NCBI RefSeq assembly: GCF_947568905.1 | Contig: NC_079172.1 | Span: forward strand, 49,662,001-49,726,000 | Length of the DNA stretch: 64,000 nt | Reading direction: 5' to 3' | Origin: Ostrea edulis | Taxonomy: Eukaryota | Shown: positions 23,701 through 36,099 of the stretch, in pieces | Layout of the letters: every line of letters begins with the position of its first letter | Numbering within the stretch: position 1 is the first letter of the stretch | The notes under the pieces: generated by a model | Told to the model about the DNA's origin: nothing | The model's input: only the letters and a program-made list of their open reading frames with translations | The model's database searches: none | Position numbers and translations under genes: made by a program

Positions 23701-26700
23701 CAACACCTTACTGACCAATCACTGCCCGGCTTGAGGCAGGCGGTAGCTGACCATTAGGACTATGATGGTCCCTCCCACCGTCGAAGACAACCCGTACTGT
23801 CCAACCCTACGCCAGTCGAGCAAGGACTTATAACTCTTGTCTTGGCAACTGTGTATGGGGACCTTGTGCTGGCCAGACGGGTCCCCCCCCCCTCTACCGC
23901 ACTGTCGAGTTCCAAGGGAATGCGGGGCATTACTCCTCCTAGGCACCTGATCCCACCTCTGGTGTGTCCAGGGATCCGTATTTGTCCAACTATCTATTTT
24001 GTATTGCTTGTAGGAGTTATGAGATTGATCACTGTTTGTTATCTTCACCTTTCATATGGAATCGGCTAGGCTGAAGGAGTTGACAGAAGGGCGACTAGTA
24101 GTTGATCCGACTGCCTTTGGTGCTCCAATCCGGATTTTTGTATGGTTTACTCCTTAGCCTATCCTTCTCACAAAGGCAGTGGAGTGGCCGGGCATGATTG
24201 CTGGATGATCGGGCGACAATGGATCCAGGGTCTATAACGCGTCAAGACTGTCCTGCAATCCTGGGTTTCTGCCAAGGCTGTCGAGCTCCATCTGCCCGGG
24301 TTTTGACATTAGATATTTCTTTCTCCTAGGTAGGTTTACAACGAGGGTTGAATGCGCAGTCTACCTGGCTCAGTTATACCGCCAAGATCGGTCGAACCCA
24401 TAACAATCTTTGTGAGAACAAGGGGTGCCACGGGAAGGTGGAGCTATGGACACAACATTCCATCCTGGCAAGCCATAATGGTTACACAGCGATCACTACG
24501 CCTGGAAAAGAGAGATGGTGTTTCGCGTCACTTTCCATTTGTGAGCTGGACCAGCCCAGACCCCACACTGCTATTAATTAGCACAGTTTCAATGTTACTG
24601 ATTCAATGCAAATAAAATTAACTTTTTAAATACACTACCGATTCGCGCGACATGTAAGAAGCCATGCGTATTAAAACAGCTAATTATAATTAGATCGGTA
24701 GATCGGTTACTGAATACAGCTAATTGTAATTAGATCGGTTACTGAATACAGCTAATTGTAATCGGTTACTGAATACAGCTAATTGTAATTAGATCGGTTA
24801 CTGAATACAGCTAATTGTAATTAGATCGGTTACTGAATACAGCTAATTATAATTAGATCGGTTACTGAATACAGCTAATTATAATTAGATTGGTTACTGA
24901 ATACAGCTAATTGTAATTAGATCGGTTACTGAATACAGGTAATTATAATTAGATCGGTTACTGAATACAGCTAATTGTAATTAGATCGGTTACTGAATAC
25001 ATATTGGTGTACGTTATTCATCTTACATGTACCGATTTAATTTGCTACATGTACACGTATACAGTACTAATGGTCTCTATAAAATACTCAGACTTTTTTT
25101 TTTACAGCTGAAAGTTTCTTTTCAGTATATTTTCAATATATAAGACATAGTATAGTATGTGCTAATGGTTTAGCGGCAAACCATCCTTGTCCATTTCTAA
25201 CGTGCCAAAATTTTAAAAACGCGGGTAATGTTTTTTATCTTTCTATGATTACTTTGTATCTAATATACTTTTGCTTGGAAACATGAAAGGGTTTAAGATT
25301 ATGTTATAGATTTGAAAATTTCATCCTAAATCATTCTCCATTAGTGCATCCTGGTTCTGTACAGTAATGATATTAGCAAGTACGAAAAACACCCCCCCCC
25401 CCAAAGAAAAAAACTAAACAACAACAACAAACAAAGAGTTGAGGCGCCAATATTTTGTGTCATTTTTAAAAAGTATCTGGCCAATCGTTCGATATCACAA
25501 TTACTTAAATGCAAGCTTTATTGTTTTCTCAATTCTTGTTATCTTTTTAGAACAGGTAGTAGTTTCAGGGATCCATCATTGTGGAGGTTAAAGTTAGGAA
25601 CAGTTAATTTAAAGGTTAGTAAAACTAAAATCACGTTGAAGCGACGTTTTAACGCCACGGCCGAGAAAGATCAGCAACTATCTATCACTGAAACAAATAG
25701 CTCTACCACTCGGTGTCATTAATTCAGATCTGGAGTTTAATGCATTGTCTTCATATCCTTAATATACCTTATGGAAACTTTCTTTTTTTATCAAATAATA
25801 CGCCAAGGAACATGGTTTTATCAATTAAAGATTACATATAGGAACCCTATGCTAGCGTCTTAACGATCATCGCTTATACTTTTTCAGCAATCAGGGGGTA
25901 GAAAAACATGGATAGATAAGCTATTGTGGTTCAGAAAAGCTGCTACCCAGACGAGTCAGTACGTAGGGATAGATAGAATTATCATACACCCAGGATACAA
26001 TGCAGGTAGGATTCAGAAAGGCGTTGGAGGGGTGTTAGCTCAGGGAATGGCAATCATCTTATTAGTACGTGCATTCTTGAGTTAACGATGATATACAAGT
26101 TATTGTAAGAAATACCTTGTAGCACGTATACTCATAAGATAGACTGCCACATTAGATGCAGCCGCATTCAAAAACCTTTTTGCTGCTGTTACCTTTAAAG
26201 AATGAGGAGAAATAGCGCTTCGATTCGGCCCCTTTCTCCGTGGTCAACAAAACCAATGCTACTGTACAAAAGTTAAACTTTTATACAAAGGCACCACAGA
26301 CGATTATTTTTGAATAGTTTTAATATAACCCTTTTGGGTTTTTTTCTGTCATGAGAAATGCCGAAAAAGCGACTGATTTTAAAACGCTATAACAAGCATT
26401 TTCATCTTTCACTCCACGAATAACAATTAACAAGGTGGGCAGGTCTAAATACGAAGGACAACATTCAATTTAGGATTATGAATAGAGCGTTTGCAAAACA
26501 CGTGATATTATTTATTCGATCATTTTAAATTGTGTTAGAATCCTGATATTTTGTTTATTAAATGGAAGCTATGCATGGTTTTCACTGAATATACGAGGGC
26601 TGTTTGATATGTAATGTGTATTGTACCACAGTGCGAAATCGCTTTGCACGATTTCGTGAATGATGATACTCTTGAATAGCTCTATTCAATACCTTTCCAA

Positions 26701-29700
26701 CATAGTTCTAAAGTTATAGTCATTTCAATAGAGCCAGTCGTTGACCACTGTTGTAAAAATGGTTGGGAAAAGGGTTGAGAATATTGAAGAAATTAGAGAT
26801 TATATAAAAGTTCGCACAAAACTCGTCCATTCGGTAATGCAGATTTTTACTGAATTGAGGGAAATTTATGGATCTGATAAGGTACTAGTATATTATGAGA
26901 CAGTTCGTAGGTGGAGAAAGACATTTCTGACTGGCACAGAGTCCGTCAAAGATGCAGCAAAATCTGGTCGACCTGTGACTGTAACAGGCAAGGCAAATGT
27001 CTTAAAAGTCAGGGAAATAATTGAAAGTGATGACAGATACACGATTCGTGATATTGCCAAAGCTGTTGGCATATCGCTATCGCGGATGCATTTCATTTTG
27101 AAGCGTATTTTTAAAGTACGAAAGATTTCTGCCAGATGGATACCGGATATATTGACATATGACTAAAAACGGGTACGAGTACAAACCGCTAAGCAATTGC
27201 TCAAAATGTTTCCCAAATTCAGTCAAAGACAATTTGCAAACTTTGTTACTGATGACAAAACATGGGTTCACTATTTCGAACCAGTAAGAAAATTTGGAAA
27301 CAAAATATGGCTAACTAAACACGGTAGAAGGCCTGTACCAAAAGAACCATGAGCACAAAGAAGGTTCTTTATAGCATATTCTTCTCATCTGATACAAATT
27401 CCGGTGCCGAAGGGCAAAAGTAATACAGGTCGGTATTACCGAGATGTTATACTAAAAAAAATCTAGAAATATGATCATAAACGACGCCCTGTGTCAGGAT
27501 TTAGGCATGTTCGTCGACTTCATGATAATGCTCCATCACATACATCTGAGCTTGTGAAGCAATTTTGAAGTCGAAGAAGGTTACCGTCTTGCCACAGCCA
27601 CCGTACTCTTTAGATCTAGCCCCATGCGACTTTTTCCTTTTTCCAAAACTTAAAAAGTTCTTATCTGGTCATTGTTACAAGTCCCGACAAACCCATGGCT
27701 CAGCCATCAGTCAGTGCCTCAGAAATCTACCTAAATCAGCATACTGTGACGCATTTCAGAAATGGATTCAGAGATTGAAATTATCATATGTATTTCAAAC
27801 TGCGGAGAATACTTTGAAGGGATGTAATGTTCATGTCACTATTTGAGTCAAATGTTTTTGAGATATCGAACAATACACATTACATATCGAACAGCCCTCG
27901 TATATGCTGCATGAGTGATAGATATTTTTTTTAAATGCATGTCATTTATTTGTTGTGATACTAAATACATACATATGGTACAAACTCTCTACACCATCGT
28001 CTGTAGACACTGTTTCTCAATTCAGTATATCATTCTTGTTAACAATGTAGATTATAACTATGTTATCAGGTGATAACTCAGAAAACCACACCGGTCACAA
28101 GGTTTATTTTATCACAATCAGAATAACATCATCCAAAGACTATCAAGAGATTATCCAAAGATTCTACAAGTAATAACAAACATTTTGACATGAACACATT
28201 ACAGATGACACACGACATAAAATCACGGACAGACATGACAAAGAAATAATTCAAATAGAATCGTCTTTTCTTCATCAAATCACATCATTAGGGATAACAT
28301 TATAAATAATCAAATTTTACTTAATATATTAAAACTAAGAACCTGTCCAGAACACACATGTGTAATGGCGAGACAAACATACATGTACCAAACACCACTT
28401 AAACAATAAATAACACACTCTTGCCAAATATTTGGTATTAGAATCCGAATGGATCTATATGCACATGTAGGTCTGGTGTATATCTATTAATTAATTCAAA
28501 CATGTATATTACTCAGATTTCTGAAGCAATACACTCATTATGAAATAAATAGAAATAAAATAATAATACTACTCTTACACTCACTCACTCTATGCATAAA
28601 TTCTTTGACATAATTAGTAACTGACCTGATTAGTAGATTATACTAGTCTGTAAGTCCAAATGTCCAAAGTTTTTAACTGAAGTATAGTTAACACAACTGC
28701 CCAATTCAATTTCTAAATTCAAAATTCGAAATTAAAAAGTTTTGATGATATATAAACACGGCCTACATGACATTTCCAGACTGTAAAGTATGGGCGGGGC
28801 CAAATTCCCGAGAATGTTAGTTAATGAGGAAACCCCAAGCTTAAACTCGGAGGTATGTCTGTGCCGAATGTATGCACCGTGTATTATCTAAATGATAATG
28901 AGGGGAATCATGTAAATTTCAAGATGAAACGAATAAATTTATTTTTATGAATATATTGGGGGCCGTTAGTGTATGGTTATTTCACTTCATCCTTTCTCAA
29001 ATAATGATTTAAGAAATAAAGTATACGTTTTCGTGGATGATGCAAAATAACCTCCGATGTTTTGAAATATTAAAACTGAGGCGTCAGCAGATATTTTTAT
29101 ATTTCAGATGATGTTTTGAGAGATGTATTGATAATCTATTGATTAATGTGTATGTATTAGAGAATAATGAACGTGGCATTTCTTTGATGTCTGCAATAAT
29201 CGTGGTAGAATATACATTCATATGTTTAAAAGAATTCTTACTGTTGACTCAGATGCAACCGAAGGTAAAAATGATATTGCCATCGTTCAACTTAAAGAGG
29301 CGGTATCTTACGGACCAAATATTCAGGAAATCAAACTCAACTCGGACAGCAATTATCCTCAGGACGGTACAATATGCAAAGCGCAAGGATGGGGCTGTAC
29401 AAGCAATAGTAAATTCCATATCTATTCAACTTATGAAATGCATTTGATGTTATTGATCACGCTTAAAAGAGCATTTGTTATCGACTGTCATTATTTCTTT
29501 CACGAATTATAGATGGACCAGGGAGCGACGTAGCGCTCACTGTCGACCTTCCTATATTTGATTCCGAAGAGTGTGGTGAAGTATTCGATATGACGTACAT
29601 TCTGTGTGCTGGTGCCTACAATCAAAACAAAGGGATATGTTCTGTAAGAGGTTTTGGTTTATAACATTTTATAAGTGTACAAAAAGTATATCATTTGTGA

Positions 29701-31090
29701 GGGTTTCTAGAAGTATGTTCTGTCAAGAGTTCTATGTATATATCAAAATCGACCAGATCGATACTGTATAGAAGGATCAGAATGGACCACATGATACTGT
29801 ATGGACAGATCAGAATGGGATAATAAATACTGTATGGACAGATCAGAAATGACCTGAATAGATGAATACCGTCTTGACAGATCAGAATGAACTATATCGA
29901 TACTGTCTAAATAGATCAGAATGCATTATATAGATATTCTCTGGACAGAGCAGAACATCACCTGAGCTGAATTCTAAATTATTAAACAGGTTTTTTTATT
30001 GTTTGACCGCCATCTCTCTGTATCTCAGATCTCCTCTTTGATTTCCATATTTTCGGATTATTCTTAAGAACCACTATGCCATTTTCAACCAACCGGATAA
30101 TACAAAGTATCCTTGTGAAAAAGGGATTTAAATTGTTTCAAATAAAGAGTCACACTCCTCTGAAGGGAAGATGATTAGGTAAAAGTGAAATTCGGGTTGA
30201 GTGAACATAAAAGGTCCAGAAGTGTGAAATTATTCTTCTCTAATGAAAATCCGTGTTTGTTCAAACCACGGGGTCATGGCAGGAATGCCTATTGAAGTTT
30301 GAGGCTTGTCATAAGAATATATCATAATTTTTTTTTTTTTAAATTGTCTTCTCAAAACCCATGCAATTTCTCAAATTATTACGCAAATATGCTCATGCAG
30401 AGCATAGATTAAAGTTGTTCACACCTGGAATATGAGGCATGGGCGGATCCAGTCATGTCCAACTCTTCTATAGGCGTACACTCCATTCTCCCCATCCTCA
30501 TGCATTACAACACTAGTGGAAATAATTCATTGTGAGAAATTCGTGTTATACTAGTCAGTTCTTTTATTTGTTTTACGTCCCATCAAAAATATGAAACTCA
30601 TATTGAGACGTAATCACCGCATCTTTTTATGCCCTCTCTTCGTACAAGGAGGGGTATATTGCTTTGCACATGTCCGTCTGTCAGTATGCCAGTCTATCTC
30701 ATCTTGTGCAAAGGATAACGGTAGAATTAATTTCCTCACAAGACTTAATACTTAGTAGGCACACCAGTGTGTAAATGACCTCTATTGCTCGACAACATGG
30801 TGATGCCAAATATGCCCCCGCAAATATAATTAGAAAGAGATCATTAGAATTATTCGACTCTGCAAAATTCCATATTGATTTAGTAAGTTACACGTACATG
30901 TAACCATCTAATATTGAACTCTCTTTGGTAGGGCGACAGCGGGGGACCTCTTATATGTGAGCGAGATGGAGAATCCGTACAGGTTGGAGTTACTGTTCTG
31001 GCCAATGCCATGGATCCGGGAAACAACCCCGGAGTGTTTGTGCGTGTGTCTGCATATTTAGATTGGATAAAGAGCTATACCAATATATAA
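20728..31090 (+). CDS. S1A chymotrypsin-fold serine protease, paralog 2 (complete catalytic domain; signal-peptide exon uncertain)
   Basis: Exons 20728(or 20725)-21022, 25551-25614, 25888-26005, 29253-29408, 29513-29643, 30932-31090, all GT-AG with compatible phases. RVRR|IIGG activation site, LTAAHC (His57), KNDIAIV (Asp102), KGICS|GDSGGP (Ser195), VFVRVSAYLDWI*. Confidence 0.93.
21821..22068. repeat. Perfect 60-bp tandem repeat, 4 copies plus a partial copy
   Basis: gatatcgacacaatatagccagtaaaggtaggtgattaccagagtggcacttatcgatac at 21821, 21881, 21941 and 22001. Confidence 0.95.
22747..23570. mobile_element. Non-autonomous Academ(H)-type DNA transposon, 824 bp
   Basis: TAG...CTA termini, ~88-bp imperfect TIRs (TAGCTGCAATAATGTAGCCCT...), 9-bp TSD GCTTTTTAT at 22738-22746 and 23571-23579. 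Confidence 0.75.
23585..24590 (-). mobile_element. 5' region of an RTE-clade LINE, interrupted by a PLE fragment
   Basis: GC-rich. Minus strand has ...acctacctaggagaaagaaa and ggagtaaaccatacaaaaatccggattggagcaccaaaggcagtc, resembling RTE 5' UTR motifs from recall. No RT seen. Confidence 0.5.
23929..24055 (+). mobile_element. PLE 3' fragment
   Basis: ttactcctcctaggcacctgatccc...cttcacctttcat. Confidence 0.75.
24677..25000. repeat. ~32-bp minisatellite, about 10 units
   Basis: Unit aatacagctaatt(g/a)taattagatcggttactg, with an internal near-palindrome ctaatt.taattag. Confidence 0.9.
26594..27900 (+). mobile_element. Mariner (Tc1/mariner, DD34D) element, 1307 bp, in an intron of protease paralog 2
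   Basis: TIRs CGAGGGCTGTT(T/C)GATATGTAATGTGTATTGT and TA TSDs at 26592-26593 and 27901-27902. Confidence 0.93.
26759..27830 (+). pseudogene. Mariner transposase, disrupted
   Basis: HTH region, ARWIP, VTDDKTWV, HDNAPSH, PYSLDLAPCDFFLF. Stop at 27164-27166 and frameshifts downstream. Confidence 0.9.
29755..29960. repeat. Degenerate ~35-40 bp tandem repeat
   Basis: Recurring gatactgtatggacagatcagaatg, about 6 times. Confidence 0.7.
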
Positions 31091-32139
31091 CAAGATACCG
31101 AAGTACATCTGCTGATTGATAACAACCAAGAAGCAATTGCTGAAATAAGCGAATCTGTAATTAAAACTTGTTACTACTAATAAGATTACATTAAATTGTA
31201 CAAATGACAATGTTCAATGTTTTCATTAGTTATTTGTAAAGAAAGTGGGCGCATTAGATGTGGTTTCGGCAGAAATCTGGGCACACAAGAACTGCAGATT
31301 CCATGGATGATTTGTGATTATTCTTCAAATTATTATCATTATTTGGGTTCTTTGGAAATTTAAAATGAGTAAATGTATCTTGAAATAGTGCTGGTTTTAA
31401 CAGAATATATGTCCAAATATAGCAATACGACGAATATGACGGGAAAAACCCTCTCATAATTTACACCCGTTTTTAATTGAGTCAGTTGTTTCTGGGACAT
31501 TTCTCCCTGAATTTGAAACTTGTAATGAGTGTACTGCTTCCTTTAAAAAAATGGAAAGATGACCCAGAAATAAGAAAATGTGTACTTTTCTGATCTTTTT
31601 TTTCTTCTCTCCATTGGGTACTACAAAATGCGCAAAGTCCAAACATACGACACTAATGTATCAAATATTATCTTAAACTTTTTAAAATATCTGTTTCAAA
31701 AACTGAAACGTAGAGTATTTTGAATTTGAATCCTGCTGGGGTTATCTTTTCTTAACTCACCTGAGCCGAAGGCTCAAGTGAGTTTGTCAAAATTTGTTCG
31801 ACGTCTGCTGTCCTCGACGGTGGCGTTAACCTTTTTGGTAAAATCGAAGGGTGGGACCACAATAAGGGATAGCAGTTTTACATGCTGCTATACGAGTATT
31901 GGGGAAATCTACTCAAGAAGTACTGGGTCAGAAAAGTGAAAATTTACACGAAAGCTTCCTAGCATAGAGTAGATTAAAGTTTGTTCAAATGATGGCCCCA
32001 GGGGAAGGTTAGGCCACAATATAGGCTGATATATAGGAAACACCTTTTTCTAAAACACCTGAGCCAGAAAAGTTGAAATATACACGCACATGAATGCCTT
32101 TTGACAAATTCTGCAGTGCCTAGATATAGACAATCTTAT

Positions 32140-33843
32140 AATTTGTCCACTTCCGTGTTCTTGTTCTTCGTCTTCTTTCAACTATTGTCCAGCTGGACAT
32201 GTCATTACTGGCGATGTTGATATAGTTGAAAATGAGGATCTCAAATCACTTATTCTGAAAGGTCCGAAATACAGAGAACGTCGGTCTTTCAATTTGCGAC
32301 AAAACTTCATCTCTATTATGGATTCTGTCAAAGATTTTGCCAGACGATGGGCTAAATATGAAAATAAAATTGATACATTGTCAGAATGGATTAAAAGTAT
32401 AAGAGGAATATTAAAATAACGCATTAGACACATCAAAACAAAAGTACGTACCATCTATCCTCCTTGATTTAGTAAAGCAGAAGTGATAACAGAATTAGAT
32501 AGGTTACATGAGGATTATGTTTTGGTTCCAGCTGACAAAGCTTGTAACAACATTGTCTTTGTTTTTAAGGCTCATTATTGCAACTGTATTTTAAACGAGC
32601 TTGGCATTGATTCCACTTTTGGTAATTGCACTTAGATGTATACTCCAACTGTCCTTTGAAAGATGATTTTTTCAAAACCAAGCTTCAGTTTTAGACACAC
32701 TTAATATACCAGCCAATGGGGTGAATGAAAATGAGTTCACGTATCTAGAGCTCATAAAAACTTTTACAAAGATACATTGCTGGATCCAGTAAGTGTTCTA
32801 CCGGGCTTCTATCTTTGCTCCTAACGAAAATATTAACAGCTATGAAGGAGAAACTTCAAACGTACTATGCCAGAAGTGGTGTATATCAAATGTGGATTCT
32901 AAAAAATTCTTAAGAACTTTTTAGTAAACTTGAAATCACAAAACTTTTCTCAAATCAACATCAAAACGTGACTTTTTCAACACTTTACACGACCAATCCT
33001 CACGATAAATCAAAGACTAGACTTGTTGACATCATAGACAGTTTTTTTTTCAATATGGAAAACGGAAATATTCCTATCTAGTGATCAGTCATCCAAAAAT
33101 CACTTTGTTAAACACCACTCTGATTGCACACACACGTACTCTGAAGTTGAAATTAAAAATATGCTGGAGTTCCTCGCTGACATTATCTTCGTATTCTTTG
33201 GTGATCAGGTCTTCCAACATTCTGTTGGAATTCCTATGGGCACGAATTTTGCTCCTGTTTATATATTCATATGAAGCAGAATTTATTCAAAAACTTCTAC
33301 GTGAGAAGAAAGAATATTTTGCTGTGGCCCTCAATGCGACATTTAGATATATCGACAACGTTGTAACTATTAACATTTTTCACTCATACATCAATTTGAT
33401 ATATCCCTGTGAACTCCAAATAAAAGACACCAGAGTCGTCCACTTCTCACTCAGCTTCATACTTAGATATTTTATTGAAAATACATGTAGATATGAACGG
33501 CAAACTAACAACTCCACTTTCTGATAAAAGGGATGATTTCAGCTTCTCCATCGTCAACTTCCCATATTCATGTAGCAATAATCCATTACTAGTATCACCT
33601 TTTGCAATATTCCATTATGGTGTTTAAAACTCTCAACTGATTCGATAAGCAAGAGCTTGATCTGCGTATAATCAGTTTTTAAATCGAAGCAGGCTACAGA
33701 GAAACAAGTTGATGGTGCAGGGGTTTCAACAGTCTCGTTTAATTAAAGTCAGCATTTCACAAATTGTATGGTCGTTATAACGATCTAGTTTGCTACTACA
33801 ACCCATCATTGGGTCAAATGCTGTCTGACGTGTTTCATACTGA
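32140..33843 (+). mobile_element. Longest PLE copy: degraded reverse transcriptase
   Basis: GHVITGDV, KGPKYRE, VPADKACNN, FSTLYT, GIPMGTN.AP, FRYIDNV, ...MLSDVFHTD, with many stops and frameshifts. No C-terminal GIY-YIG domain follows the RT, consistent with the N-terminal-endonuclease (Naiad-like) PLE clade (inference). Confidence 0.8.
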
Positions 33844-33846
33844 TCT

Positions 33847-34300
33847 CCGTAACGTGTATTGTATTAAGTCCGATGCAGACTTGCTCGTTTCAAGTATCAA
33901 ACCCAGTCATCGTCTAAATACACTATCACAGGTATGCCACGTGATCTCCAGTATTTCAATAACACTCTTGATCTTACAACCTTTGTAAAATATGCCCTGC
34001 TGAGGACAAACCAAATGGTAACACGTTAAATTAAAAAAATCTGCTTTTATTACTATATTTCCATGAAAAACATATATTGATATTTATGAAAATATGGATA
34101 TACATCAATATGATGAAAACCGATTTTAGATCGAACTTTCTGATACACATGTCCCTGCCTTGCTTCGCATATTGTAAAGCTTTGCTCACATCGTCCAATT
34201 CAGCTTTTTGTTTTTCTACGAACTGATCGCATTTAATCATAGTATCAAAATTGTTCAGCATCTCATAAACCGCACTATCGTCAACAGACAGGGGTAGGCC
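33847..34300 (-). pseudogene. DIRS/Ngaro-type RT remnant
   Basis: Minus strand: KALQYAKQG..RKFDLKS, FNVLPFGLSSAGHIFTKVV, KYWRSRGIPVIVYLDD. Confidence 0.7.
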
Positions 34301-34519
34301 ATTGATCGGGTCTTTGGGATATTTTGCACCTGTTAAGTACAGGTTCGAGTCAAAGATCTGAACGGAAATCTTCCGAATTTCAAACCAAGTAATTCTGATC
34401 GACGTTCCGTACACGCGAGATACACTCGCCATAGATATCTCTCCAATTGAATACAATATATTTTATCCCCAACATTTTCACAAATCGCTTCAGTTAGTAA
34501 ATCTGTGATCTTTTTATTC

Positions 34520-34657
34520 TAATCATTTAGTCGATATGTAAATGACTATCCAGATTGCTTACAATACTCTGCAGCCCACATGTATGCGGATGATACAACT
34601 CGATGTCTTGGATAAAAGTAAAAATGTTATAGAAAACAAATTACATAGAGATCTTAA
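34520..34657 (+). pseudogene. CR1/L2 RT fragment, left half of a split element
   Basis: YVNDYPDCLQYSAAHMYADDTT...ENKLHRDL; continues in frame at 46197. Confidence 0.75.
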
Positions 34658-34799
34658 AGGGAACGTAGGGTCAAAAATCAAATTTTGATATGTGAAAACT
34701 GGTATCATGCAGACAACAAAATCTAGCATAGAAAAAATAATTGCTGCTGATAACAAGATTTAATCTGTCATTTACACTGAAAACTGAGCTGAATGGGAG

Positions 34800-35360
34800 A
34801 ATCTCTTATCATGGCGGCTGATGACGTGTATGCGGCAATTCATTACAACTGCTGTGCCTAGCACTAAATGGGTTACAGAGTATCTATGATCTAAATGTCG
34901 GAAGTTCAAGCGAAATTTTGCACTGTGGTCAAAGGAAAAGGAATACATGTATCTACCTTTTAGCATCCCTGATCTCCCACCAAAACTATGAACATTGTGC
35001 AATAATTGGATACATAACCTTGGAAATGAATCTTTTGTTTTTGAACGGCATTTTGAGAAAGAGTCTTTTAAAGAGGATATCAGGGTAAGTACCAGTTATA
35101 TTTGCTTTTTACTCAGTAAATACTAATAATTCTTAATGTGTATAACCAGAGTTTATTTACAACACTTTTACTTATATAATAATTTTCTAATTTAATCTAT
35201 CCTTATCCAGTGAACATTTTGTACAGGCTAAATATGAAGGGATGGGTAAACAATGCTTTTTAAATATTCAAAGTTAAATTAATATCTATTTAAGTTAAGA
35301 TACTAGGATACACACCAAAACCTATTAAATAGAAGATGCAGTAACTAAAATATTTGATGG
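34800..35360 (+). pseudogene. Spliced THAP-like domain remnant of the Kolobok element
   Basis: NWIHNLGN...ERHFEKESFKEDIR followed by a GT donor, and LGYTPKP..EDAV.KIF in a later exon. Frameshifted. Confidence 0.5.
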
Positions 35361-35879
35361 CAGCAAGACTAAGAAATAAGAGAAAATAGCTCAAAAAGAT
35401 GAGGAAAAGGAAAAGCAGGATACATGTAATACTTTCAAAAATCATCCCAGCACTAGCACATTTTGTATTATACTATTGTTTTTAAAGAAATTGAAAATGT
35501 ACAAGTAAACAAATGAAGTATAGTATATATGAAGTAAGTATATATAATTAATTAGTCATTATTTTTCAGCTAATCCATTTTCTTTTGGAAACCAATGAAA
35601 ACTCATATGCAGAACCTATTGACCAACCTGGACTATCAGCATCTAAGGAAACAGGTAATTTGATGCACTTCTCTATTAAATGATTAACAAAGTTTTACAA
35701 CCAAGGTCATTTTAATTCCCCCTGTGCAGTTAATCTTTCAAGTCTTGACATTTACGTGGCAATTACTGCAGGGGTGGAGTGATAATCAACTGATTTGTGC
35801 TGTATACAGATTCACATTGTAAGATTCTCTTGTAAACAGATGTACTAATAAATCAGAAAGAGAGAAAACTACTATGAAA

Positions 35880-36099
35880 TGTTGTATCACTCATTTACTG
35901 TCCTGAGTGTTTATGCATATAGTCTACATTGCGATCACTTATCACAAAGTCAAAACACATGCTACTCAACGTCTGTCATTTTTATTAACACTCAAAACTC
36001 AACCCGGTCTTTTCCGGAATACATTGTAATAGTAAAACCAACAACGACATACAATCCGGATTGCCCTCTCAGTGACCCAGTATACTCAGATACACAATA
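35880..36099 (-). repeat. 3' LTR
   Basis: Direct repeat of 43167-43386 with one mismatch (36098). Element-sense AATAAA at 35986-35981. Confidence 0.95.

Noticed and set aside
21821-25000. CRISPR-like arrays
   Set aside because: The 60-bp and 32-bp repeats are contiguous with no unique spacers, the context is eukaryotic, and there are no cas genes.
1826-33843. Hammerhead ribozymes in the Penelope-like copies
   Set aside because: No CTGANGA...GAAA core flanked by stems was found by eye on either strand of the fragments.
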